Assembly (NCBI GenBank): GCA_012295275.1
Contig: CM022672.1
Coordinates: 3,472,001 to 3,536,000 of the forward strand
Length of the DNA: 64,000 nt
Direction of reading: 5' to 3'
DNA from: Chrysomallon squamiferum
Taxonomy: Eukaryota; Animalia; Mollusca
Shown: piece after piece, positions 1 through 15,964 of the stretch
Position numbering within the stretch: position 1 is the first letter of the stretch
How the letters are laid out: each line of letters begins with the position of its first letter
Position numbers and translations under genes: made by a program
The notes under the pieces: generated by a model
What the model saw: only the letters and a program-made list of their open reading frames with translations
Database searches by the model: none
What the model was told of the DNA's origin: nothing

Positions 1-514
1 TATTAACATTCATTAACAAGTTCTAATAGATTTTATCCTTGACCACATTATTGCCATTACTGGACAATGTTGACATCTCTGTTACATACAGTAAATTAGA
101 AAACATTAGCAACTTTAAAAATGAGCAATAACATTATCTGCTACTTTAAACTACTTTTTATTGGCACATCCAACATTCATAAGCATCTTTATTAAATTTG
201 TGGTTATCATGTGACAAGGACGTGGGTTTTGTAATGATGGTCTGAAGGAGAAACCTTGCTGGTGCATTGTGGGGTTTTTTTTGTTGTGGATTAAGAGAGA
301 GCAGGATCATTTTAAAGGGTGTTTGATACAGAAGCTGGAACATTAGACAAAAACAAAACACGTGAGCACCCAGTAATAAGAAGTAATTCAGCAACCATCC
401 ATTATTAGAAAAGCTATCTACAGTTGAGCTTAAACAGTTTTTTTTTTTTTGTCAATTAAGAAATTATTTTATTTAATCAGGAAGAGGTGGGAAAATTTTC
501 TAAATGATTTATTA

Positions 515-700
515 CACTGAACACATTTTTAATCACCTTTATGTGGTCTCATAGATATAATGTTAAGGATCACATAAAGAATGAGAAGAAATTCACTGCC
601 TCCATTTGACAGGCAATGCTTTTCTAATTAATTGCAAGTGATCTTTTATACACAGCTGTGCACAGACTAGAAAGCACATTGATAAAATAGTTGTGTAACT
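515..700 (-). mobile_element. Degenerate SINE-like relic (orientation tentative)
   Basis: Core ttgcaagtgatcttttatacac...cagactagaaagcaca resembles other in-window copies (8285-8410 inverted, 54930-55060, 63610-63655) and a gastropod SINE core recalled from memory. Confidence 0.45.
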
Positions 701-2980
701 AGTTCGAATGGGAAACAGGCACATATATGAGGTTTGATCTTGCAACACACTCTAAACCTGGAGCAAAATTTACTAAGGTATCTTTTAAGGTCTTATTATC
801 ATAAAACTCCCCAAAAACCAACAGATATAGAACTAAAGAAATCAGGTGCATATTATCAATTCCAGAAACAAAAATTACTGGAACGTTGACACAAACTGCT
901 GTGATCACAAGCCCTTTATTCATTAGATGTAATTTTGGTAGTCACTCTGTTGTCCTAATTATTATTAATTTAACGTATTTATGGTAAATGAATTAAAAAA
1001 ATCTTTAGAACTGATTTAATTTGCATGTGTACATTATCAAAATAATAAGATTTCCAAGACTCTGAACACTATGAACCAATGAAAATGCCTCCGTAGATTT
1101 CAATGACCTCAGTTCCACTTAGATTTGACAGAACTTTATAGTTATAATATTTATATTTTGAAAGATTATCAGTATCCTGTTAACTATTTTCTAACCAATT
1201 AAAAAAAAAAAAAAAAAAAAAAGTAATTTCATACCTTTCATGAGCGGTCTATCATTTTCAACAATGTCTTCTGAAAGTTAGTTTTTAAGAAAAATTCAAT
1301 ATGGATGTGATGTTTCCAACAACATCCTTTGAATTTTACAGTTTTTAACAGAAGTTTCAGTATAGTTTATGATGTTTCTAATACAAGAATCTACCTGGTT
1401 TCTTTACACGTGTGAATGAAGCAAAGCTATTCCAAGTTTATGTGCCAAACCCAAATTAGATTTGTAAAAACAGGGCATAAATTGAATAATAAATAACTGT
1501 TCCACACCCATGCAACATTCAGCACACTTAGCAGGTTACATTAAAAATGACATATAAAATACACACATATATATTTAAAAATTACTTCTGACTCAATTTC
1601 CTTTGAATTTTAAAAAAAATAATAATAATAAATAAAAAAAAATAATGAAACATCTACTTTCAAGTGTTGTTACAGGAAATAACAGTAATAATAATTTTTT
1701 TTTAAATTCATTGTCTTTTATTTTTTTGTTTTTTTGTTTAGTTTATTTTGTAATTTGATCATGTAGGGTGAATGTTATCACAGTATTTTCTACACGTTTT
1801 ATACGTAATTTCTTAAAATTTAATTTTCAAATTTAATTTTGCTGCATTTATTAGTAATGTATATATATACTATTTATTTTTCCACAGTTGGGCATTAAAT
1901 AAATTTTATTACAAAAAATTTACTTGTATTAAATCAACATTTACCCTTGAAATTTACAAGATAGAGACTCGTGTTATTTTGGGGTTTTTTAAATGTTTAG
2001 TTTTAAGTAATTATAATTTATCACAATTTAATTAGTAAATAAACCCATATCTCATTCTCTGATCAACAATCAACCAATCTACACCAAATAAAGCCATATT
2101 TGTTTTTAATTGAATCAAACACAGTATTTGTTGTAACAATGCTTACCCTGCAGTGAGATACAGAGTAACAATTTCTTCCAATTTATTTTATATATACATA
2201 TATTGCTTTTAATTTCTTATACATTTTTTAACTTTTTTTGAAATTTTAACTTCAGAGCAATAAAACATTGTAGTAATTCTAATATTGCTGAAGGTACTTA
2301 TTTCATAATTTTTAAATACTTTTTAAAATCTTCAAATGTACTGACTTTTCAAAACTTACGAACAGAAATAGTTTTTAATACCTTTAACATGAACCCATGT
2401 TAAGAAGGCACTTTTTATTACTATACAAAGTGGTTACCAAGCAAAGATTTGACCTTACCTTTAACACACAAACTCTAGGATGTGTGGGATGGACCCTGAT
2501 AAATCTCCACACTGTCGATGACCTCTGAGCAAACACTGGTGAACCACAGTACTGAAATATTCAGATATTACAATCTATGAAATTAAAATGCTTTCACCCC
2601 AGCCACAAATCACCTTAAGTGAAAAATGTCACCACATTACTGGAGGAAAAAAAGCTGTGTTCTTTGAGCACACACAATAGAGAGATAAAGAAGACAAGCA
2701 ATCACCGATATTGTGCATATATAATGACAGCCCACCCCTCCATCAACAATCCTCCACAGCACCTCACTAACAATGCTGACAAAACTCTCCTTTCATCGTG
2801 GACAACGTCGACCGTGTGAGAAAGACCACGTTGTCGTGTGTGTGTGTGTGTGTGCAGTGTGGCAGCGTGAATGACTGGCCGGCCGGCATGTGTATTCTGA
2901 CTGGTTCTGTCACTTGGCTGTTACATTACTTCCACACACAAACCTGCTTTCTGACAACTCATAATAATTAATACGTATAT

Positions 2981-3035
<55 letters not shown>

Positions 3036-3041
3036 TGTGTG
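2981..3041. repeat. (GT)n microsatellite
   Basis: Directly visible, with a few interruptions. Confidence 0.95.
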
Positions 3042-3609
3042 TTGTGCATGAAGCTAAACTGGACTAAGGCCAAGTACAGGTACATTCAATCTCAGAACAC
3101 CATCAAGGCATTATAAGAAAACTGTGTGTTCCATGAACAAAGGCAAGTTGGCAAAAACTCAACACTGCCTTTTCATACTGGTTGATTGCCTGCTCGGCTG
3201 AGGTACCAGTCAGCTATTGAAGGATTAGGGTGCAGATAAAACTGTTAGGCCAACAATCCTATTTTCACCTCAAGAAGGCCATAAAAACATTTAAAAATTC
3301 TATAATCTGTTATATGAAAATTACTGTCACATAATTTATTATTCACACCATTTCAACAACATTTACTTTTAAATTAGCTATTCTGATATTTATAATAAAT
3401 AAAAAAAAAAATAAAAAAGTATGTCATCTGCATACAAATTTTCTGCCACATTTCTTTTTTAAAATATGCTAATTTATGTGTGTGTGTGTGTGTATTTGTT
3501 CTTTTCTGCACAAAAAAAAGAGGAAACTTATTTCTGAAAGATATAGCACTTATATATATATATTTTATTAATTTCATTTTTACTATACTTTAATGCATGT
3601 TTAGTATGA

Positions 3610-3649
<40 letters not shown>

Positions 3650-3654
3650 CACCA

Positions 3655-3686
<32 letters not shown>

Positions 3687-5211
3687 AATTTGTATTACTT
3701 TTTTTCAGTTGCTGTAAGGACTTTTGACAGTAACAAGAATAAACTATACTTGCACTCATCCACTTTACACAAGATGATGGGTATCTGAATAAACTCTCCA
3801 CACTTTTAATGCAAGAATCTTCCTGCAACAAATGTTCAGTGACAGATTAATTTTTGTTGTTGTTTTTATTACGAGTGGCCTTCACCAGCGATGTTGTTTG
3901 AGAAATACTTCTTCCAGCACAGTTCCTGTTGTGTGTGTGCATTCCTGCTGAGTTCTTCACTTGACAAGAACTTGTTACTGTTGACTTCAGTTCACAGACA
4001 AGTGTCACAAACCAATAAACCTCAATAGTTTTATCAAAATTGCATCCTCTCGGCAATATTAGCAAAAAAATACAAAAAAAGTCATCTTCACAGGCCACAG
4101 AATACTGTAAAGTCCTTAATATTTTATCAAGTCTGTATCAATATTTCAATATTTCATCTTTATCAAACAGAATGTAACAGAAGAAATTCATGGCAAATGT
4201 TAAGTTACTGTATTTCCTCACCTGTAAGCCAAGAATGGACTATCAGTCTGAACTGCTTGTAAAGTTAATCTGACTACTCATTCCATGCACTGAAAATTAA
4301 TATCTTTTATTGACTTTGTTGTAAGCAGATCCATGTTTTGGTATAAAATAAATGTAACAATATACTCTACAGAAGTACTAAAATCCAGGTAGTCTGTTAA
4401 CATAATGATTAAAAATGTCAGATAACGACATTTAGGTAATATCATATTTTTTATGAAATTCTATTCAAGGGTCTAGATATAATATGAAACAAAGATTAAA
4501 AACCTATCTGAAAGTAATGCATTAAATTATATTATATATATTTCTATTAAACATTAAAAGAGACACATTTATACACATACTGACACAAATACACATACAT
4601 ACCTATACCTGCATATTTATGTATACATAAATACATACATTTATACATTATACGTATATGTATTTTAATAATCTTTAAAAACCTGTTAATATAAGAATAA
4701 AAATGAATGTCAGACTAACACGTGATCAAAAGAATAACTTTAAAAATAAATAATAATAACTGTATTATGCTTTTTTCAAAACATAAGCCAACATGAAAGC
4801 AGGGATATGCTAATGTTAATGGTTTTGCAGCAATGACTGGAAAAGGAAAAATAAAAAAAAAATTAAAAAATGAAATAACACCATGAAAGAGGATTATCTT
4901 TACAATAGTTATTAACAGGGTGTTCTTTTTATTTGTTTCCTTTTGAAAACATTCTCTTTATGGATTGCGTGAGTGTTTATTGCAGATTATCCGGCCTGTA
5001 AACATGTCATAATAGCTAAATATGTCACATCTAAATAATATTCAATCATGCCTTAGTGTGCATTATCATCTAGATCCACTAGCTGTGAATGAGTGAGAGA
5101 GTGTGAGAGTGAGAGAAACAGAGAATGAGTAAGTGTGTGAATGGGTGGGTGTGGGTGGGTGTGAAAAAGAGAGAGACATAATAAAGAACAAAATTTGTTA
5201 ATCTATAATTT

Positions 5212-5249
<38 letters not shown>

Positions 5250-6244
5250 AAATCAGAACCTATTTCTCTATGTTTAATTGAAAGAGGAAAAATAATGTTT
5301 CTCTTCACCAAGTTATTTAATAAAGTATTGAGTAAACAATTCAAAATCAATAAATAAATAAGCTTTGATACATGTTTATCTCAAAATAACTTACAATTTA
5401 ATCTGAAAATTCCTCAAACACTTGTTTTTCACAGGAGTTTTTGCATACTAACCAAAACAGAATCCTCTAAGTGTGATAAATTAAACTATAGAATCTACCA
5501 AACAAAACTTTTATCTTTTCAAAGTTTCCATAAACAAAACACTTACAATGTATTTGATAACAGATATCGTCCAGCAAATAATTCCGGTTTTCTTGGTATG
5601 AAACTCTTCTAACAAAACTCAAAAGAAATTTCCAACAAGTACATGTGTAACTGTAAATTCAGACATGTTTATGTAAATGTCGATAAAATTCCAGTCCGAT
5701 TAAATCAATCGAGTACTGATAAATGTGCTAATGGAAATTGGAGAAGAAATAAAAGCAAGACTGGATTTGTCAAAATACAATGTACTATCGGTATATATAT
5801 CTATATATATAGAGGACAGCATGAAAGGGTACAATGAGCTGGCATTGAAGCAAAGAAAACCAATAAAACCGGTGTTCAAAGTCACCACATACCTCTCAAA
5901 ACACAGTGCCAACCCAATCCCAATAAATCAAGTGTGACACAAATATACTGCACAAAACTATTTTGGGAACATTTAGATTTAAATATTTAATAATTGATAG
6001 TCCAAACAAAACACCAAATACAGACTAACATAAAATTATGAATGGACACTTAAATCTTTTTGTAAAGGAGGGGGCTAATTACTTTTGAACATTTAAGAAT
6101 TATGTTAATCTTTTCAATCCCATACAATGTTTATCTGCTTCCATTTTAAGTAGCATGAATTACTTTTACCTTCTGATAGGGTATAAAAATTAAATGTTGT
6201 TAGAGCTAGAATACCCTAAATGATTCTACCCTGACATAAAATAC

Positions 6245-6565
6245 TAGAATACTTTACACTTTTATTCTTATATAAAAAAATAAAAAATTCAACAAGTGAC
6301 AAAAACAGGCTGTAAAAATACCACACATATCTTAAACCAGAATATCTGAATGACTAATGCTTATAACAGGGTAAAAAGTTTCAATGTTATTACATCTAAA
6401 ATAACTGTCAAACATTATTAGAATACTTCACACTTTTATTTTTATTAAAAATTCCAACAAGTGACAAAATTAGGCTATAAAATTACCAGGGTACCAAACA
6501 TATCTTTAAACCAAGATATTTATTAAAGAGTAGAAATTATTAAATTTTATTACATTTAAAACAAC
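6245..6565. repeat. Diverged tandem duplication, 2 copies of ~175 bp
   Basis: tagaatactt(t/c)acacttttatt..caacaagtgacaaaa..ggct(g/a)taaaa..catatctt..aaacca..ttattacat(c/t)taaaa occurs at ~6246 and ~6419. Confidence 0.8.
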
Positions 6566-8284
6566 TTATTGTTCTTCTTCTTATTATTATTATTATTTGA
6601 TGCATGCACTGAAATACTGTTAAACATTTTAATATATATAAATTAAAGGCAATGTTTATAAATCTTTCTTTTTCAAGAATAAAATATAAACATTTTTGCA
6701 GTACATATTTCATTTTATCTCCTTAACCTACATTTTGTATTTTTTAAATACTTCTGTAAAAAAAAATAAAAAATAAAAAAATATTGTTATTAACATCAAC
6801 AAAATAACAATGGAAATTAATAAAAATAAAAAAAATTATGAATTAAAAAAGTTATTTAATTACTGATGATTGAAAAACAAACAAAAAAGAAGATAGATTA
6901 AATTACAACAAAAAACTTGAAATGAAGAAAATGTAAAGTTCTGCAACTGAAAGGTTTGTAAATATTGTCGATACGTATTAGATTGCACAGGAAAAATGTT
7001 CATTGTTTTTCTTTAATTATATTTACTTGAGTGATGTTTTTGATTTTTATATTTGTGGAAAGAATTTTTGTTTTGTTTTGTTTTTTTTAGTTTATGAAGG
7101 CAACCCTTTGGAATTCATTTTTTGGTTTTTTTTTCATTTCTTCCTTGTTTTATAATTTTGTGTAAAAAAAGAAACAAACATATATATACAAAATAAATAA
7201 CCTAGATGAACAGTTTATTATGGATTGCATACAACTATAAATATATAATAACAATAAAAGTAATATTTATTATTAAATTTATTATTATCATCATTTAAAA
7301 AAAATAAAATAATCATAGAAAAATGTCTTCTTTTTTTTCAGAAATAATAATGTTGCTAAAAATACATTCCTGTGAAATGCAATGTCCAATTATCCTCTCA
7401 AGTGAGTTTATCTAACACAGCAGTTGCTTTCAGAAAATGAAACCACAATCAGACAGGAAGAACAAAATTACAGACAGCCGTTTTAGACGGATGATTTACA
7501 GAAAGGAAACCTCTAATGACACTCAGTCGCACCAATTTATCAAAAAAAGAAGAAAAAAAATATATATTTGTTTTAACATATCTTTTTACTTTCCTTCAGC
7601 AGGAAACTTTAGTCATTTTGAAAACTGAACCTTTTTCTGTCTGTCTTTTTTTATTCTTTTTTTTTCTTTCTTTTTAAGTATAATTTTGGCATTTCATCTG
7701 GTGATGAGAAATTTATGAGAAAAGCAAAAACAAATACCCAACTAGTGCCCATAAAAAGGCTTGGTTTGACTGAGGATCTATTTTGCCCCAGAATGCAACA
7801 GAGATTGATTAAAATAAATAAGAATCCAATATTCTCTCATTTAGGAAAAACCATAATAAACCACTGGCAATGGCCCTGTTCATGAGATATAAGCCACAAA
7901 CGATTATTAAATCAGCTGTTATGTTGAAGCAAGCTCTCCATGGTGTGTAGTAAAGAAATAATTATTACATGTACAAAATTGTATCAAAAGGTTAGGATGC
8001 TGTTTTACTACTCCAGTGTTTCATTATACTTAAATACAGAGATTACAGCTATATCAGAAATATGATGTATGACAATGATTTAATTAAACATAAAATGATT
8101 AAGCAAATCAATTTTCTGATTCTGATGTTATCTCTGTCTAACATTACACATGTATGAAGATATATACATGCATGCCCTTATCTGTCCATCAATAATTCAA
8201 CCAGAATGATGAAGCTAAATAGTTAGAGTATTATTTACTGAGAAATGACAGTCACAGTCAATCCTTTTCAGTATACCAACTGGA

Positions 8285-8410
8285 TAATTTCCAGCCCCAG
8301 TGTCCATGTCCGAGTTACCAAAGGCTCTGGTATGTGCTGTCTTGTTTATCAGAAAGTTATATAAAAAGATTCTTGCTGCTAACAAAGATTTTTCCTCTGA
8401 GTGTCAGAAA
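8285..8410 (+). mobile_element. Degenerate SINE-like relic
   Basis: ccagccccagtgtccatg..aaaggctctggtatgtgctgtcttgt..atataaaaagattcttgctgctaa is the reverse-complement counterpart of the copies near 515 and 54930. Confidence 0.55.
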
Positions 8411-10662
8411 ATGTCCTCTGTCTTAATGTTTCTGAAGAAACAGGTGAAATAACAGATATACATTAAAATATGGTCAGGTCTCCCAAATTCATTCATTTAA
8501 TCACCGTAATTAATACTAAATCCCACTCATAAATTATAAATTAAGTCAGGGGTTTTTGTTGTTGTTATTTATTATTATTTTTTTTTTATCATTTTTTTTT
8601 TTCACTGCCCCCAAGGTTTATTTATAGTGCTGTTTATGTGCAGTGTAAAATGTTAAGTCAGTTAAATAATATGGACTCTTATTAATTAATTTCAGTCTGC
8701 TGATTCTGATAAAAGAATTATGAAATCAGGTGACCTGTCATCAGAGAAAATGAAATTAGTATTTATTGTTAGTATAATCAGTTCTAACTCTATTATGTCT
8801 TGAAGCACATCCTGCTGAACACTGAACTTATCAGTTTCCAACACAACTGAGGGACTTAAAGCTCGGCATTAATCTTTATAGTTATAATTTCTTTTGTCTC
8901 AGTATCACTGTTACATGTAATACAGATATGGATATGCACACTGGAACACAACTGAAGTTCACATAAATTATAATCTATGATGTATTATACAATTCTGCTT
9001 TATTAATAATAATAGTAAAAATAATAATGGTAGTAGTAAAAATAACAATAACAATAACAATAATAAAAATAAAAATAATATAATAATAATAATAACAGGA
9101 ATAATAAGAATAGAAATTAAGAATAAAGTAGAAAGTTTATATTTAAAAAAATAATAATGTAACAAACATTTCAACTGATAATATGTTCAGAGTCAGATAT
9201 AATATTCAGTAATTTGTCAAAGAACAAGATTAAAATGAACAGATAATTATGTTCAAAGTTCACATTTGAGTTAATGTCTAATCTAACTCTCCTGTCATTC
9301 ACTAAACATTTTTTTTTTCTTTTTCATTATTCCATTCCTATGGTTAATATCGCAATTTATTTAGCTCTCTGTCCAACTAAACTAGTATTTTCCTGCGTCT
9401 AACCCCCAACCAAAATTTTTGAAATTTGTATCTTGTGAGCGCATGCATTTTCAGAGTTGCAGAAAGAAAAAAAATTATTTTAACAGTTCTATCTTGCAGC
9501 TGGTTTGGTCTGCCAGGCAAAATGTTGTCAATTGTTAAATGGAAAAAAGGGATATTATTTTACCCAGACACCACTCAAAAGAAATGTTCTGTACATGGTG
9601 TTTCCAGGATACAACCAGCAAACATCTCTAGCAACAGTTAAAGTATTAACCACGGAATCTGTCCACCCTTTTATAATCTAGTCAACAAATGTACCATAAT
9701 GGTCCACCATGGCTTAATGGCTGGACTATTGGACTATTTTATGCATGTTCAACAACAGTCATTAAATGCAAATGATAAATGTTATTCTGTCCAGGGAAAA
9801 GGAGAATAAATAAAAGTAATGTTTCTGATTAACTAGAAATAGTCCTCAGACTAGGACCAGCAGTTGTTATCTCAGATTACAATAATAATTTCACTAAATA
9901 ACTGTTGACTGAACACTTGAGTTCTTAAATGTAACTATAAGCTTATTTATTTACATTCATTATTGTTCCATTTATTTTGAGGTGTTTTAAGGAGATTTCT
10001 GGAATTGGCTTTATTTTTTCTTTATTTTGTTTTCTTATATAATACTTTAATAACCTGAGAAAATTTCATTTTTTAAAAGAGTCAATGACATTATTTAATT
10101 TTAACTTCAGATAAGACATGACTTCCTATGATTAATGTGATAAACAGGCAACACCTGCATTTCCAGTCATGCTGATGAAGTGCACATGCAAACTCTGCAG
10201 CTGCTTTGATCACACATTTCAACCCACTACAACATTTCACTTCTTTTTCTTTCTTATTACTCATTCTGAGTTTTTACCAGGGAGGCATTTTTTTGTTTGT
10301 TTTGTTTTGCTTATTTAAATAAATAATTTACATTACTAACTATATATTCAAAATTTTAAAATATACCTGATGTTAAATATTAACATATTAAAAAAATGCC
10401 TAAAAATTTATAAATTTTTACTATTGCTATAAAAAAAAATAAACTGTAATATGATTCCTTTTTGAAAAGGGTAACTAATATTACTATTTCAGTTTTCACA
10501 GCATAAATAAATTTCAGTCTGAAGTATAACAAAATAAGGCTAATCGATACTTTTCACCAACATTTAACAAATACAAGTATTCTTATTTAACTACATACAG
10601 ATACATGTACAGGAGTAATTCATGACTAAGCCACAGACATACATACACCCACGAAACACAGG

Positions 10663-10698
<36 letters not shown>

Positions 10699-13600
10699 GA
10701 TATATGTATGTATAATGTTTATATTTGTGTATATACGTCTATATGTGCATCTGTATATAGATATATGTATGTTATGAAATATAATACAGCCAGGTATTGG
10801 GATAATCCAAATGAGCAAGCTGCTGCCTGTTGTAACTGGTAGATTACAAAAAGTAATTTAAAATATTGGCTGACTTTTTCACATTGGTGTTAAGGACATA
10901 ACATATTGCTTGGACATAAAATCTTTGGCACTTGGACAAGTATGTAAACACTAGTAGATTAAGAATAAACACACACATAATAGAAGTGGCAGCTCAATAA
11001 AAGCCTGGTAATGCATAAATAGTTGAACGTTTCAAATAATTTTACGTGACACTTGTACAAGGTTATTGATTAAGTTGCTGTAATAAATATGTTTATAAGG
11101 AATCATGCACTTTACAGGCAGTTAAAAGTCAAAAATTGGCCAAGATTTGTGATCATTACATTCCAGTCTTTTTGTGCATAATATATTTCCTAAATGATGT
11201 GTGCCTTTGCTTTATAAACAGAGGCAGCTACCAATGTACATTTGTCTAAATGTGGATGACAACTTATTATAAACTAATGAGGCATTCAAAATACATTTAT
11301 TATTTACCACGCATAAAAAGATACACATTCAAAAGATAATTAGCATTATGTATACAGACACATTCAAAATAAAACCAGTTTTGTTAAAGATCATAAACTA
11401 AATATTCTGCTAGAAGTTTTACAAATGGATTAAATATCTGAACACAAAATATTCAGATGATGAATGAAAAAGAAAGAAAATATTACTTATACAATACATT
11501 CTGAACTAAGAAAAAAAATAATAATGATAAAATAAATAAATAAATAAATAAATAAATATCTCTTAAGAAATAATGATTCACTCATTTCAGGAAAGTAGGA
11601 TTTTTTTTTTTTTTTTTTTTTGGTGATATAAATAGTAATAATAAAATTAATAATAATAATAATGATAATAATAATAAGAAGAAGAAGAAGAATTTATTGT
11701 TTGCTTATTTTTTATTGTTATCTGATAAATTACTCAGTGGTATTAATCCGACTATCTTTTTTTTTGGGGGGGGAGTGATTTGACATAGAATGACATTAAA
11801 ACACAAACATCAGTCATTGTTGGTGTCTATTTAAGATTAGGTAATTTCAAGTTAAGTACTCAAAGTAAAGAAAATAATAAAAATAAAAAACAGTAGTAAA
11901 ATCTTCAGAACAAAGTATTAGCAAATGATTACAAAACAAAATCAAATCTACAGAAATCTGTCGTCTAAGAAAATATCTCAAAGAATTTTTTTTGTATTAA
12001 ATTTATGTTTCTCTTAATTTTTGTCCTATTATATATATACATATATAGACAAACAGACAGACAGATAAATAGACAGATAGATATACAATTATATTCCAAT
12101 TTTCTTTCCACTATCAAATCTAGTGATGTCATTCAGCATGAAAAGAGCAGATGCATATTGAATTATGCTGCAATTTACAGGCAAGCATTAATCATATTGC
12201 GTAAAAAGACCTAGTGATGAGTAAATAGTGTTCATGTTTGACTGGCTTGACACTGATATGTAAAAGATATCAGAGTACTGAAAATTAATGGTTGCAAAGC
12301 TAGAAAACCCTAGTTTTAATTGACGTTTACATTCAGGTATAAAATTTTAACAATCATAAAACAGCAGCATAAGTAATATGAGTTCATTTTAGTGTGTGTG
12401 TATGTTGGGGGATGCATTTGTGCGTGTGTGTGTGTGTGTGTGTGTGTATGCATATGTTTCTCTGTTTTAATTTATATCAGGATAAGAATAGTGCAATGGT
12501 AATTACTTGAGAGAAAAATATGCTTTCTCGTATCTTTTTTCTTATACAGTTCTCATGCAGCTAATCTACATTTTTCTATGCATGGTTTCATTCCACAGTG
12601 TGCATGATTCATCATACTTACTGAATTCGCCCATGTACTTTTTTGTACTTTTTTTTCCCCCATCAAACATCTACAAACATGCAGTCTAGATTATTTTCTG
12701 TCAACAATTAAATAATGTTGTTGTCTATTTTTGGATCATGCCCACACACTTTATTAACACGAACACGTTTGTGATCATTTTACTTGTATACCACACTTGC
12801 CTTGACTGCCAATGAAATCTAACGTTAATATGGCAACCATGCAGGGATATATGCATGCTGTTTTTCCTCATTTTGTCATATTACTAACTTAAAACAATCT
12901 GTTATGTTGTATAGGTATTTGGTTGTACTGTTATAACAGAGACAAAATCAAAACTGAAAAAAAGTCATCAATCTGTATCAATTTAAAATATATATATATA
13001 TATATAAAAATGACAAGCAAGTCAGTTTACAACCATTTTCAAACAATTAGATCATTAAATTCTCAGCTAAGAATTATATATATATATATTTTTTTTTTTT
13101 TATCTTAAGTGAATCTTATGATTTAATGTCTGTCTTGGTTTATAATTTGTTTAGAAATAAATTAACGTCATACAATTTGTCATTTTGTTTTTTTGCTGTT
13201 TTTAATATGATACACTTTTAATTATCAGAAACAAAACTGTCAAATCACTGACAGAACTGGAATTATGATAATCAATCTCAGAGATAGCATGCAGATGTGA
13301 AGGTTCTTCTGCAGTTAATCTAGTAATAGAGTCAACATGGACAGAAAGCCCATATTTATCTGTTAACACTGCATGCCATAACCATAAATAATATAAGAAA
13401 CAGGTATACACTCATCTTCTGATGTGAACTTTTCTCTCATAAGCAAAATCCATATCTGATGCTTTTAGTGTTTATATACTTTCCCTTTACATTTTTTATT
13501 ATTATACAGATATCATTGTCATGAATTTCCCTAAATTTAAAAATTGATATTTAAAGTTTGATTCACAGAAAGTAAATGAAAAGCATACCTTGATGAAAAG

Positions 13601-15829
13601 AAATGTTTTATATGTTTTCTCTACATTTACTGTTTGTTTTCGTTTTTGTTATTTCTAAATAACTTATGTTTTTTATAATAATATTCATGTATTACAGGTT
13701 AAAAAACCCCAACTAAAATGTCAAGTTTATGGATGAAAAAAATGTTTTCGTCTGTGTGTCATGCTACTGAAACTCCTTCAAGTCATGTTTTCTTGCCTTT
13801 GGCACAACTAGTAAAAAGAAGAAAAACTATGTGTCGTATCACTCCACCACATACCAGATGTTTCATTTAACACTGTCATTTAGTAGTTTGTTTATTTATT
13901 TTCTAAACTAGAGTGGGTAAATATTTATTAAAGATATTTATTGTTTCAGGGGCTTATGTGCACTTCATCTGTAAGATTTTAGGAAGTGTCAATATTTATG
14001 ATGTGTATTTCTGTTCAGTGATACATGAGCTACAACATAATGAACAGCAGCATGTTTTGTTGAAATAAATATCTGAAGTAGGAATTAAAATGAATCTACA
14101 TATTTATTATCCATGAGCTGATCATTTACCCTTGTTTGAATTTTTATATAGTAAAAATGTGTATTTTTGGAGGGACTTTTTTTTTTTTTTTTTTTACAAA
14201 AAATAAAATATGCAGATATAAAGTTTGCATAGATAATTTTTGCATTATATTTTTCTGTTTGTTCCAGTGTAAAGTTATACAGTATTTAGGTGTAAAATAT
14301 ATCATAAAATATGCATGAGTAAAATTTATACAAGACATTTAAGCATAGAGCTTTGTATAAAAGATATAATAAGTCCACATAGACAGTTATCAAGTATAAA
14401 GCCTGTTATAAAAATAAATATGTTTAAACCTTGTATAGGGCTTATTATACAATATACATGGACAGGGTTTCTTTTCCAACTGCAAAATGTTGGGTCAAAG
14501 TTAATGAAATCTCAAAACATATTTATTATTAGCTATTATTAGTTGTCACACATCTGGTTTTTGTGTAATGATGTGAAAGAAGAAATCTGGTGCAACCATT
14601 CCATGGTTACAGATATTACCTATACTATTCTCCCATAGAAATATTCATACTTGTTTTTGACAGAAAAAGTCATATGTGTTTCATGTTTGAGGCTTAAAAT
14701 TGTATTATGCAGCTTTGTCACGCAAATGGTGCAGTATTCATTTTCCAACACACACCCAAAAATGTTTACACATATGGTTAACTGCATAATTTATAAATTG
14801 AGACTGGTTATACAATATACAAGGTGACAATCACCTCTCCTCGCATCTGGAAAATGAAAAGTGTAATGAACCTAAAATATTTCATTCTATGATTTTTGAA
14901 AAGAGAAAAAACTAACTTCAAAATAATATTTATTCAGAAATATTTTTGGTTGTAAAAACAAAAAAAAACAAAACAACTTCAGTGCAATCAACTGAGAAAA
15001 AAAAAATATAGACTAATAATACCCCATTAGCGTAATTTTTAATTTATCAAAACATAATAAACTTTGAAAAAATAAAAAAAAAAAAAAATAAACATCTCAA
15101 TATGTATAAATATAACATACCTTTAACACTCAGAAAGTCGATTTGTGGACATAGCATGTGACCAGAATAATTCACTATTTGCCATCTGTGGATAAAAAAA
15201 AAATGGGTAACACTCATGTTAAAACAGTTCTGTGTACTCAAATGAGTCTATATTTTGGCATAAACTAAAGAAAATGAAGTCTCTCTCTCTCTCTCTCACA
15301 CACAAACACACTCACACACCCAAAAAAAAAACTTGACTAATGCTTGGTATCCCCATGTCACACTTGTGTATATGAGACCTACAAGATTTTGTGTTGATCT
15401 CGGGGAAAAAGTGTTTTTATGGTTGTTGGTTTTTTTTCTTTACATGCTTGCTGTAACATTTTTGCCTTGCCATATAAAATTATCAAACTGTTATGTAACA
15501 AAGTGTAATGTTACACAAGTTCAGTGAAAAGCACTTAGTCATGGTCAGAGATCAGTACCAACATCCACAAATAGAAGGACAAACAATGGCACCCAAAAAG
15601 CAATCAATATTTTCTCAAACAGTTTTTGTTTTAAATACACATCACCTAGGGTGTTTACGGTCTTTAGTGAAATATTTTTTGAACACTCCATTCAGTTCCA
15701 AAAGGATGACCAAGGTACCCAATGTTTAAGTGCAAACAATAACAGGTTAACATAACCAATACAAAAATACAAATTAGTTGTCATCAGGTACTGAGTCTGA
15801 AACTAATAACAACTCAAAATCTTTCTTAC

Positions 15830-15964
15830 CAGTTGATAAGTAGCTTTTTGTTACATGGGTTATTTTCTTCAATAAATATCCATTTGGACTGATGGATCAC
15901 TCTGTCACAGTCCTGGTCACACTGATGTAGAAGTGTTCCCAATTCATTTATGCTTCCTCATAAA
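15830..15964 (-). other. Putative non-coding (5' UTR) internal exon of an unidentified minus-strand gene
   Basis: Minus-strand acceptor ttcttcag| at 15965 and donor CTG|GTAAGA at 15829 bound a 135-nt, less AT-rich segment. Its ATG-initiated frames are short. Confidence 0.45.

Noticed and set aside
8722-8744. Minus-strand CTGATGA followed by a CAGG/CCTG stem, resembling a hammerhead ribozyme
   Set aside because: The required GAAA after stem II is absent (ATTTC instead), and stems I and III are not evident.
12214-12281. GTGATGA...CTGA, a possible C/D snoRNA
   Set aside because: No terminal stem or recognisable guide, and it is antisense to the presumed host transcript.
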